Assembly (NCBI GenBank): GCA_049971295.1 | Contig: JBMFLH010000023.1 | Coordinates: 1-26,282 of the forward strand | Source: Candidatus Ratteibacteria bacterium | Lineage (GTDB): Bacteria; Ratteibacteria; UBA8468; B48-G9; DTJG01 | Direction: 5' to 3' | DNA length: 26,282 nt | Part shown: in pieces, positions 11,479 through 19,279 of the stretch | Layout: each line of letters begins with the position of its first letter | Numbering within the stretch: position 1 is the stretch's first letter | The notes under the pieces: model-generated | Told to the model about the DNA's origin: nothing | The model's database searches: none | Seen by the model: only the letters and a program-made list of their open reading frames with translations | Made by a program: the position numbers and the translations under genes

Positions 11479-11868
11479 GTGAGGAAATCAAAAAATTCAA
11501 GAAAGGGGTTTACTCTCATTGAGTTGATGGTGGTAGTGATTATCGTTGGAATTCTGGCTGCTGTTGCGATTCCTATTTACAGAAGTAACATTAAAAAGGC
11601 AGCAGCATCAGAAGGCGCGGCACTTCTTGGTGCAGTGCTTACTGCACAGAAGGTTTATTACGCGGAAAACAACACATATACAAGTAACAAATCAGACCTC
11701 AATGTTGAAACTACAGGTAATAAATATTTCACTGACTATACATTGAGTGGAGTTTCTGCCACAGGATTTACTGCAACAACGACTGGAACTGGAACAGCAG
11801 CAGGTGTGACAGTGACAATGACCTATACCAATGCTGGTGGAGCCACAATCAGTTATTCCGGTCTGTAA
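11479..11868 (+). CDS. pilA: Type IVa major pilin, copy 1
   Basis: Basic 10-aa leader ending [11 protein letters not shown] (F1, E5, G14, P22); 119-aa mature protein, Cys-free, Ser/Thr-rich C-terminus. Confidence 0.85.
   Translation: MRKSKNSRKGFTLIELMVVVIIVGILAAVAIPIYRSNIKKAAASEGAALLGAVLTAQKVYYAENNTYTSNKSDLNVETTGNKYFTDYTLSGVSATGFTATTTGTGTAAGVTVTMTYTNAGGATISYSGL
11705..11771 (+). repeat. 67-bp perfect direct repeat, copy 1 (copy 2 at 12121-12187)
   Basis: TTGAAACTACAGG...CCACAGGATTTAC is identical in both pilin genes, offset 416 bp. Confidence 0.95.
11812..11858 (+). repeat. 47-bp perfect direct repeat, copy 1 (copy 2 at 12228-12274)
   Basis: GTGACAATGACC...ATCAGTTATTC is identical in both pilin genes, offset 416 bp. 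Confidence 0.95.
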
Positions 11869-11894
11869 TGATTATACTTTTTCAGGAGGTGGGT

Positions 11895-12284
11895 ATGAGA
11901 CAGAAAAGACTTAATAAAAAGGGATTTACACTTGTGGAATTGATGGTCGTTGTGATCATTGTTGGAATTCTTGCATCAGTGGCAGTCCCTATATACAGAG
12001 CAAACATTAAAAAGGCAATGGCATCAGAGGGTGCTGCACTTCTGGGTTCTGTTCTCACTGCCCAGAGAATTTATTATGCTGAGTATAATACTTACACAAG
12101 TAATAAGGCAGAACTCGGGATTGAAACTACAGGTAATAAATATTTCACTGACTATACATTGAGTGGAGTTTCTGCCACAGGATTTACAGCCACAACTCAA
12201 GGAACTGGTGCTGCTTCTGGTGTCACGGTGACAATGACCTATACCAATGCTGGTGGAGCCACAATCAGTTATTCTGGATTGTAA
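11895..12284 (+). CDS. pilA: Type IVa major pilin, copy 2
   Basis: AGGAGG RBS (11884-11889) before ATG 11895; leader ends KG|FTLVELMVV. Same 390-bp length as copy 1; 103/119 mature residues identical by manual alignment. Confidence 0.85.
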   Translation: MRQKRLNKKGFTLVELMVVVIIVGILASVAVPIYRANIKKAMASEGAALLGSVLTAQRIYYAEYNTYTSNKAELGIETTGNKYFTDYTLSGVSATGFTATTQGTGAASGVTVTMTYTNAGGATISYSGL

Positions 12285-12306
12285 GGCGGAGGGCTAGCAG
12301 GTTAAT

Positions 12307-13311
12307 ATGAATGTTTGCCTCGGACTGGACATCGGGTCGCATTACATTAAAATGGTTGAGGGTTATGCGAGGAAGGGAAAGTTTTTTATAAAAACAGCAG
12401 GTATAATCCGCAACCCCTTGCCACATACTCATATTAATCTGAATGAAAATAGCCAGAAGCAGTTTTCTGGCTTTTTGAAGGAATTCTTAAAAACAATTGG
12501 TATTAAAAAAAAAGAAACCGTTTGCGTCATCAGCGGTAATGGTTTAATCATTCATTATTTTGATATTCCAGACATCCCGCCGGAAGAGATCAAAAGTGCT
12601 GTGGAACTTGAAGTTCTTCAGGTAATTCCTGGTGGAGTAGAAAAGATTGAATATGACTACACTGTTTTGCCTTCCAGGTCAGGAAAACGGACCGTAATGC
12701 TTGTGGGTCTTCCCAAGCCAAGATGTGACTTTTTTGTTAATACACTTCTAATGAGTGGTTTAAGACCAGTCATTATGGATGTAGGTGGACTTGCCCTTGT
12801 AAATTGTTATAAAACTTTGAGTAATAATTCCTATAAAGGTGTTGCGATTATTGATGTGGGAGCAAGTCATACAGTGCTCGCAATCGTTGAAAAAGATGGA
12901 TTTGTTTTTATCAGGGACATTGATTTTGGTGGCGACAATATTAATTCTGAAATCAGTAAATTAAAAAAAATTTCTGTGTCAGAGGCAGAACAGTTCAAGA
13001 AAAATCCAGATTTTCAGCAGGATGTTGAAAAAATTTTAAAAAGCGCTGCGACTGATGCTTTGCAAGAAATACTAACTTCCATCAATTATTTTGAAACAAG
13101 AACACAGGAAAAGATAGAAAAATTTTTGCTGACAGGCGGCTCAAGCTTACTCCCGGGTTTTGTAAAAATTGTAGAAGAAAATCTTGGAATTCCAGGTGAC
13201 ATCTGGAAACCAATGGAAGGATTATATCAGTATTGCAAAACAGACCAGCCCAGGTATCTTGAAGTATGTTTCAGCCAGACGCTGGGACTTGTGGCAAGGA
13301 AACTGATATGA
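12307..13311 (+). CDS. pilM: Type IV pilus alignment protein PilM (actin/FtsA-like)
   Basis: LGLDIGSHYIK, IIDVGASHT, FIRDIDFGG, LLTGGSS. Confidence 0.9.
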   Translation: MNVCLGLDIGSHYIKMVEGYARKGKFFIKTAGIIRNPLPHTHINLNENSQKQFSGFLKEFLKTIGIKKKETVCVISGNGLIIHYFDIPDIPPEEIKSAVELEVLQVIPGGVEKIEYDYTVLPSRSGKRTVMLVGLPKPRCDFFVNTLLMSGLRPVIMDVGGLALVNCYKTLSNNSYKGVAIIDVGASHTVLAIVEKDGFVFIRDIDFGGDNINSEISKLKKISVSEAEQFKKNPDFQQDVEKILKSAATDALQEILTSINYFETRTQEKIEKFLLTGGSSLLPGFVKIVEENLGIPGDIWKPMEGLYQYCKTDQPRYLEVCFSQTLGLVARKLI

Positions 13312-13892
13312 TAGAAATAAACCTATTGAAAAAGCGGCAGCAACAGTATTATCAGAGGGTCTTTTTGATAAGAGTGATTTTAATCTACATTATTGGTTTT
13401 GTGTGTGTTTTGATACTTGCGGGGGTTTCATTTCTGTCAAACAGGATTGCGATTAAATCAATACTGACAAGTATTGAACAATACAACCAGAAGATCAAAA
13501 GCGAATATGGCATAGTCCAGGAACTTGAAAAATATAAAAATCAGATGGATGAAATCGCAAAAAAATTATTTCTTGTTCAGGAAGAATACAATAAAAGAAT
13601 AAACTGGGGAAAAAAATTTCAAATAGTTATCAAATCCCTGCCAAAAAACATATGGCTGGGAAAAATCTCACTCAATCAGATAGGGAATAATGATTCAAAA
13701 ATTCTTGTGATTGAAGGATATATTAATTCCGGGATGTCAAATACCAGTAAATATTTGACGGAATTTATGAATAATATGAAAAACAATGCTGGTTCTGAGT
13801 TTTCAAAGATTTCTCTTACAGAAATTAAAAATGCAGGTAAGTCGCCGAAAGAACAATTTACAACCTTTCGTATGGAATGTAGGTTAAAATGA
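13308..13892 (+). CDS. pilN: PilN-like protein
   Basis: N-terminal MIEINLL PilM-binding motif, TM, coiled coil, LPKNIWL. ATG 13308 overlaps the pilM stop (ATGA). Confidence 0.85.
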   Translation: MIEINLLKKRQQQYYQRVFLIRVILIYIIGFVCVLILAGVSFLSNRIAIKSILTSIEQYNQKIKSEYGIVQELEKYKNQMDEIAKKLFLVQEEYNKRINWGKKFQIVIKSLPKNIWLGKISLNQIGNNDSKILVIEGYINSGMSNTSKYLTEFMNNMKNNAGSEFSKISLTEIKNAGKSPKEQFTTFRMECRLK

Positions 13893-14416
13893 AAAACCAG
13901 GCGTCAACCATAAGAACACATCTTATTATCATGGTGATCCTTTATGGATGTACGTGGTTTGTGATCAATGATATTGTTATAAAGCAGCAACAGAGAATTT
14001 TGCAGCAATACAGTGAGGAAAAAGCATCGCTTGAATACGATTACATGAAATTGAGAAACTATCCTGATTACATGATCACAATCAAAAAAACTATGGATGA
14101 GGCAACAAATAAACTTAATCGTTTTTTCTGGATCAATAATGGTTATGACCCAAATTTAATGGTTTTTCAACATATTTCTTCAATTGCAGAAAAATTTAAC
14201 TTACAGATTACAGGTTTTCAGCCAGCAGAAAAAGCCGATGATAAATATTATACATGGAATGTGTCTTTTAGCGATAATTTCCCGAATATTCTAAAACTGA
14301 TTAATAGTTTAGAATCTTCGCAAAAATTTCTTAGAATAGATTCTGTTGAAATAACAAGTTTGGAAGATGGAATATCAGTGAATTTAACGATTTCTGGTAT
14401 CAAAAAACTGGAGTGA
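13889..14416 (+). CDS. pilO: PilO-like protein
   Basis: TM + coiled coil + ferredoxin-like C-terminus (FPNILKLINSLESSQKFLRI); ATGA-coupled to pilN. Confidence 0.7.
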   Translation: MKNQASTIRTHLIIMVILYGCTWFVINDIVIKQQQRILQQYSEEKASLEYDYMKLRNYPDYMITIKKTMDEATNKLNRFFWINNGYDPNLMVFQHISSIAEKFNLQITGFQPAEKADDKYYTWNVSFSDNFPNILKLINSLESSQKFLRIDSVEITSLEDGISVNLTISGIKKLE

Positions 14417-14419
14417 AAT

Positions 14420-15448
14420 ATGGATAAAAAAAATAAGAAAAGTCTCATACTACTTCTGGTACTTTTATTAATTTTCGTTTTTACCCTGGTGCGTGCATTG
14501 AAGCCAGTCAAGCCGAAAACAATAGTAGTTTCATCTCCTGGAGAAGGTATAACAACTGTACGACAGGAGAATTCTTCATCTAAAGAAAACAGAATATTGA
14601 GCTTTCAGGAAATGGATCAGTCGATTAGTAAGGTACAGTCTCTTGTGAAATCTATTGATCAGCAGGATCAACAGGTTTCAACTTCTGCATCTTATAGGGA
14701 TCCTTTTTTGAAACCAGGAGCAAAACAAACACTTGCTGGTACCAGACCTTCAGAATATACAAGTATTCTTGTTCAGGAAATTCCTGCACCAGATTTTAAA
14801 ATTTCCGGGATTGTGTATGACAAAGAAAAACCGATGGTGATTCTTGATGACGAAATCAAGGCAGAAAAAGAAACAAAATCAGGCTACACAGTGGAAAAAA
14901 TATTGCCAGACAGAGTGATTTTGAAATATAAGGATAAACAATTTGTTCTTTATGTGAATAATGGTAAAAATGTCGAAGGTACTGAATTAAAGATGACTGA
15001 TATTGCTGATGATACAGAAATTTCTATGGTTGCTCAGAAAGGCAGTGATGTTATTGAGAAAAAGAATAAAATCACAGAGATGAGTGCAAATCTTTCAGAA
15101 GATACCTCTATTCTTAAAGAAAGCAGAATCAGTACAACCTCTTTTGATGAAGAAAGCAGAAAAGAAAAAATCTTTACTGTTCAGGTTGCTTCATTTTCAG
15201 AAAACAAAAAGGAAATCGCGATTAACCTTGCCAGAAAACTTGTTTCTGATGGCTACATGGAAGTGCGCGTTGAAAAAATTAATGGAATGTATACAGTAAG
15301 GATAGGCAAATCCGATAAAATAGATGGTTTAATTCCTTTATATGAACAGATGAAGGAATATTCAGAAACAAGTTTTGTAAGAAAGGCTTTTTATATTGAG
15401 GAAAGAATAATTTTTCCTCCAGAAGATAAAGTCAATATGAACATGTGA
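14420..15448 (+). CDS. PilP/GspC-like membrane-anchored protein fused to a C-terminal SPOR domain
   Basis: N-terminal TM (no lipobox Cys), RDPF motif, beta-domain FKISGIVYD...VEKILPDRVIL, and SPOR-like FTVQVASF...LARKL...YTVRIG. Lies between pilO and the secretin. Confidence 0.65.
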   Translation: MDKKNKKSLILLLVLLLIFVFTLVRALKPVKPKTIVVSSPGEGITTVRQENSSSKENRILSFQEMDQSISKVQSLVKSIDQQDQQVSTSASYRDPFLKPGAKQTLAGTRPSEYTSILVQEIPAPDFKISGIVYDKEKPMVILDDEIKAEKETKSGYTVEKILPDRVILKYKDKQFVLYVNNGKNVEGTELKMTDIADDTEISMVAQKGSDVIEKKNKITEMSANLSEDTSILKESRISTTSFDEESRKEKIFTVQVASFSENKKEIAINLARKLVSDGYMEVRVEKINGMYTVRIGKSDKIDGLIPLYEQMKEYSETSFVRKAFYIEERIIFPPEDKVNMNM

Positions 15449-15455
15449 GGTTAAA

Positions 15456-17141
15456 ATGAAAACGATAAAGATTACGATTGCCATTTTGATTTTTTGTGTT
15501 GTTTTTTGTTTTGCATCTCAGAAGATAGAATCATTAACATTTAATCAGACAAAACTATCCCTTGTTTGCGAAATTTTGAGCAAAAAAACAGGCATAAAAC
15601 TTATCCCGGAATCAGACATTGCGGATAAGCCCATCACAGCATATCTTGAAAATATTTCTGCGGATCAGGCAATTGAAAGTATTCTTGCTGCCAATGGCCT
15701 GTATCGTGAAAAATTGTCTGATGCTGATGTTTATATCGTGTATTCAGAACAAAAAAAGTTTTCGCCGCAAAAACCAGTAAGCGCTTGTTTTCAACTCAAA
15801 AATGCCTTTGCTTCTGACATTGCCACTGAATTGAAAAACATTGGTTTTGAGAAAAGTATCACTGTGGATAATCGGACAAACACACTTGTTGTAAAAGATA
15901 CTCCAGCAAATGTCGAAATTATTAAAGCAATTGTTGAAAATCTTGATGTTGAGCATAAAAACCTGCCAGTAAAAACCACTGTATATTCTTTGAAGTATGT
16001 GCGAGCAGGAGACATCTGGCCTGTGGTTCTCTCGGTGATTAAGAAAAATAAGGGTGATAAGGATACTCAGTCAAAGGCAGAAATTACAATTGGTACAAAT
16101 ACAAAAGAAACAGGAGACCTTGGAACAGCGTCTGCTGGAGTAAGTGCAGGTACTTCTGGAACAACAGGCACCACTACTTCTGGTACCACAGCTACTACAG
16201 CTGGTACTTCAGGTACCTACCCTACTCTTACAGGACAGAAAGAAAAGAATGTTAGTGGCAAGGTTCAGATTTCTACGGATATTTCAGCGGGTTTTTCTGT
16301 GCTTCCTGATGAAAGGACAAATAGTTTAATTCTTGTTGGAACACAGGATTTTCTTGATGAGGTAACATCCATTATTTCTTCACTTGATACACCTGCTCCT
16401 CAGGTTTCAATTGAGGCAATGATAGTAGAATTAACAGAAGATGCCACGAAAAATTTAGGAATAACATGGACAGATAATTCTGGCAATCTTGCAACTATTA
16501 CAGGCACATTGACAACATCTATTCCTGGATGGGATACCAGGGGAACAATAACATGGTCAAATCTCGTGGTAAACATCAAGGCACTTCAAACAAAAGGAGA
16601 AGCCAATATCCTTGCAAATCCCAGGGTGACAACATTAAATGGAACTCCAGCAACCATTCGTATTACAAGCAATATTCCTGTTGCTCCAAAGGTTACAACA
16701 ACCAGTACAGGTGGAACAGGTACTACTGTAACAGAGTATGAATACCGGGATATCGGTATTATTCTTGTCGCAGTGCCGTATGTTGGAAATGACAATACAG
16801 TAACAATGGAAGTAATGCCAAAAGTGATTTCAGCGAAACAATCAGCATTTTTCAAGGATGCAGTGGAAACATCAGAAAGGTCAACTCTGACAAAGGTTAA
16901 TGTAAAAAACGGTGAAACGATTGTCATTGGAGGTCTTTTGAGTACAGAAAATATTAAGGGGGATAGTAAAGTGCCTATTTTAGGAAATGTTTTTCCATTT
17001 TTATTCAGCAACAAAACCAGGCAGATGAAAAAGACAGATTTGGTGATATTCCTTACTCCACGCATTATTACAGTACAGCTTAGTAAAAAAATCGCAGAGG
17101 AAGAAAAATCTCGTACAGGCGTTGATAAAGGTGAGCAATGA
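15456..17141 (+). CDS. pilQ: Secretin (PilQ/GspD family)
   Basis: Signal peptide, N-domains (VDNRTNTLVV, PDERTNSLIL), LDTPAPQVSIEAMIVE, ANPRVTTLNG, VKNGETIVIGGL, KVPILG, LVIFLTPRII. Confidence 0.88.
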   Translation: MKTIKITIAILIFCVVFCFASQKIESLTFNQTKLSLVCEILSKKTGIKLIPESDIADKPITAYLENISADQAIESILAANGLYREKLSDADVYIVYSEQKKFSPQKPVSACFQLKNAFASDIATELKNIGFEKSITVDNRTNTLVVKDTPANVEIIKAIVENLDVEHKNLPVKTTVYSLKYVRAGDIWPVVLSVIKKNKGDKDTQSKAEITIGTNTKETGDLGTASAGVSAGTSGTTGTTTSGTTATTAGTSGTYPTLTGQKEKNVSGKVQISTDISAGFSVLPDERTNSLILVGTQDFLDEVTSIISSLDTPAPQVSIEAMIVELTEDATKNLGITWTDNSGNLATITGTLTTSIPGWDTRGTITWSNLVVNIKALQTKGEANILANPRVTTLNGTPATIRITSNIPVAPKVTTTSTGGTGTTVTEYEYRDIGIILVAVPYVGNDNTVTMEVMPKVISAKQSAFFKDAVETSERSTLTKVNVKNGETIVIGGLLSTENIKGDSKVPILGNVFPFLFSNKTRQMKKTDLVIFLTPRIITVQLSKKIAEEEKSRTGVDKGEQ

Positions 17142-17503
17142 AAAAAAACTTTTATACGACGGGTTTTACGATTATTGAATTTCTTCTTGCTTTTGTAATC
17201 ATCGCAATTGCTCTGATAGGAACATCTGCCTTTTATTTTGCCAGCAGCAGAAATCTTCACCAGTCTGATATTACACGGCTTTCGATGTGGTGCGCGATTG
17301 AAAAAATGGAGATGGTAAAATCTATTGATTATTCGCAAATTCAAAACGGTGTTGAGAATGTGAATATTGGAAACATTCAGGCGCAAAGGATTACAAATGT
17401 TGTGCCTGACCAAATATTGCCATTAAAAACCGTAACAGTGAAAATTCAGACACTGGATGGTAAAGAAATTGTAAGTATTTCAACAATGATTGCGCAACCA
17501 TGA
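17138..17503 (+). CDS. Minor pilin (PilV-like)
   Basis: Class III signal G|FTIIEFLLA with E5; ATGA-coupled to the secretin. Confidence 0.75.
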   Translation: MKKNFYTTGFTIIEFLLAFVIIAIALIGTSAFYFASSRNLHQSDITRLSMWCAIEKMEMVKSIDYSQIQNGVENVNIGNIQAQRITNVVPDQILPLKTVTVKIQTLDGKEIVSISTMIAQP

Positions 17504-17961
17504 AAATTATTAAAACAAAAGGTCTTGGGCTTATTGAATTAATGGTGGTTTTTATCCTTGGTTCTCTTGCGATATTTGCGTCAAGCAGTATTCTTATAGA
17601 GTCTTATAAGGAATGGAAAAGAAGCAATGAAAATGCATCCTTACAGGCGGATTTTGACCTGGCATGTCATATGATAAAAAGTATTATTGAAGAGGCAGAT
17701 AAATTAGAAGTCAATGAAGATGGAACCAGTATCACTGCAAGTTATCAGCCATACTGGGTTCAGCAATTTTATCCAGATCCACAGAATTCATCTATACTTT
17801 TATGGAAAAATCTTAAAACCAATGAAGTACAAAAAATAATTACAACACTTAAAGCCATCACTTTTAATGTTCAAGATGACCTTGTAGTAGTGAACATTGA
17901 AGTTGGCAAAGGAACAAGGTTGATTGCGGGTTCTTTTTCTGTTTATAAGAGGAATTCATAG
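17500..17961 (+). CDS. Minor pilin (PilW-like)
   Basis: KG|LGLIELMVV with E5; ATGA-coupled to the previous gene. Confidence 0.75.
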   Translation: MKIIKTKGLGLIELMVVFILGSLAIFASSSILIESYKEWKRSNENASLQADFDLACHMIKSIIEEADKLEVNEDGTSITASYQPYWVQQFYPDPQNSSILLWKNLKTNEVQKIITTLKAITFNVQDDLVVVNIEVGKGTRLIAGSFSVYKRNS

Positions 17962-19248
17962 ATGAAAAAAGGATATATTTTGCCTATGGCAATAATTTTT
18001 GTAGTGGTATCACTGATTATGGGAATGGGAATTTTGTATCTGGGCGGCACAGAACAGATTGCAGCAATGAAGAGGTACCATAAAGAAAAGGCATTTTACA
18101 TTGCAGAGGCAGGCGTAAACTGGGCATTTGCAAATAAAAGAGCAAATGAATCATGGCATCCAGGAACAAATCCTGTAAGTTTTGGAAACGGTACATTTGT
18201 TGTATCTGAGTCGATTCAGGGAGAAACAATAATTTTTGAATCCACAGGAAGGTATGGTAGCCAGGAAGCAAGGGTTTCAATTACAACGTATCGCGCTATG
18301 GGTTCAGGTGGTGCGGGTGGTTCTTTTGGACAGGGATTATTTGGTCATCAGTCAGTAACCATATATAATAATGCTTACACAGATGGCTATGATTCACGGC
18401 TTGGTCCATACGGACCTTCTAACAGAGGAAATTATGGGGACACAGGAAGTAAAGGTTCAATTTACCTTGCAAATAATGCTCATATTTATGGAACTGCAAT
18501 GGTTGAAGATGGTCCACAATATTTGTATCTGGGAAACAATGCTACTGTGTCAGACAGTGATTTATATCATGATTTCGATGACCCACTTAACAATTTACCA
18601 GATGTTATTGTGCCATCGGATTTAATGAATTTACCATATCCTGTTCAGGGAGATCCAAGAATTACTGGTAACTACACAATTTCAAATGGCAAACTGACTG
18701 TCAACAATAACAATATTATCGCCATCTCTGGTGGTGATTTCAGATTTAAAAGTATTACCCTGAACAATAATTCCATTATGTATATTAAAGGTAATTCAAG
18801 GTTTTATATTGAATCGGCACTGACTCTTTCCAACAATACAAAAGTCATTATTCAAAACAATAGTGTAGTTATCTGGTATTTAGGTAGTCAGGGCACTTCG
18901 TTTACTCCAACTCTTGCAAATAATTCTGTGATTAATAATACATCACAAACAACAGGAAATTTAAGGATTTATGTGGCAAGTTCCACCAATTTAACGCTTG
19001 CAAATAATGCGCAGGCATTTAACGGCGTACTTTATGCTCCAACTTCAAACATTACTCTTGCTAACAACAGTCAATTTTTTGGTGGCATTGTTGCAAAAAA
19101 TTTAACACTGGTAAACAATGCAGCGGTTCATTACGATGTTGCTCTTCGGGATGCAGATTTTCCTGAAGATCCTGGGAGAGGCTCTGGTCCTGGAACAAGA
19201 ATTATTGTTCGATGGACAAAACCTGACTGGTCAGCAAGATTACACTGA
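17962..19248 (+). CDS. PilX/GspK-like minor pilin with a large Asn-rich repeat C-terminal domain
   Basis: KKG|YILPMAII (no E5, typical of PilX/GspK), KAFYIAEAGVNWA motif, Gly-Ser linker, ~10 x(T/Y)(L/I/V)xNN repeats, GVLYAP...VHYD. Confidence 0.75.
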   Translation: MKKGYILPMAIIFVVVSLIMGMGILYLGGTEQIAAMKRYHKEKAFYIAEAGVNWAFANKRANESWHPGTNPVSFGNGTFVVSESIQGETIIFESTGRYGSQEARVSITTYRAMGSGGAGGSFGQGLFGHQSVTIYNNAYTDGYDSRLGPYGPSNRGNYGDTGSKGSIYLANNAHIYGTAMVEDGPQYLYLGNNATVSDSDLYHDFDDPLNNLPDVIVPSDLMNLPYPVQGDPRITGNYTISNGKLTVNNNNIIAISGGDFRFKSITLNNNSIMYIKGNSRFYIESALTLSNNTKVIIQNNSVVIWYLGSQGTSFTPTLANNSVINNTSQTTGNLRIYVASSTNLTLANNAQAFNGVLYAPTSNITLANNSQFFGGIVAKNLTLVNNAAVHYDVALRDADFPEDPGRGSGPGTRIIVRWTKPDWSARLH

Positions 19249-19279
19249 TAATTATTTTCAGAAATAGCAGAGGTAATTC

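Noticed and set aside
11705..12274. Pilin repeats as a diversity-generating retroelement TR/VR pair or a CRISPR array
   Set aside because: Both copies lie in intact coding genes, mismatches are mostly synonymous and not adenine-specific, there is no reverse transcriptase or cas gene in the window, and there are only two copies.
11509..12284. Electrically conductive (e-pilin) interpretation
   Set aside because: Aromatic content is borderline (11/119 and 12/119), with a 25-residue aromatic-free gap (25-49) and no aromatic at position 27. No cytochrome genes are in the window and the criterion itself is contested.
16586..17413. 275-aa antisense ORF, and the other short overlapping ORFs in the track
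   Set aside because: They shadow well-supported genes on the opposite strand or in another frame and show no recognisable motifs.
6668..19248. Calling the locus a type II secretion system, or a non-retractile pilus because pilT is absent
   Set aside because: PilM/PilN(INLL)/PilO and PilA-type major pilins indicate a type IVa pilus. pilT is often encoded elsewhere, so its absence from this window is uninformative.
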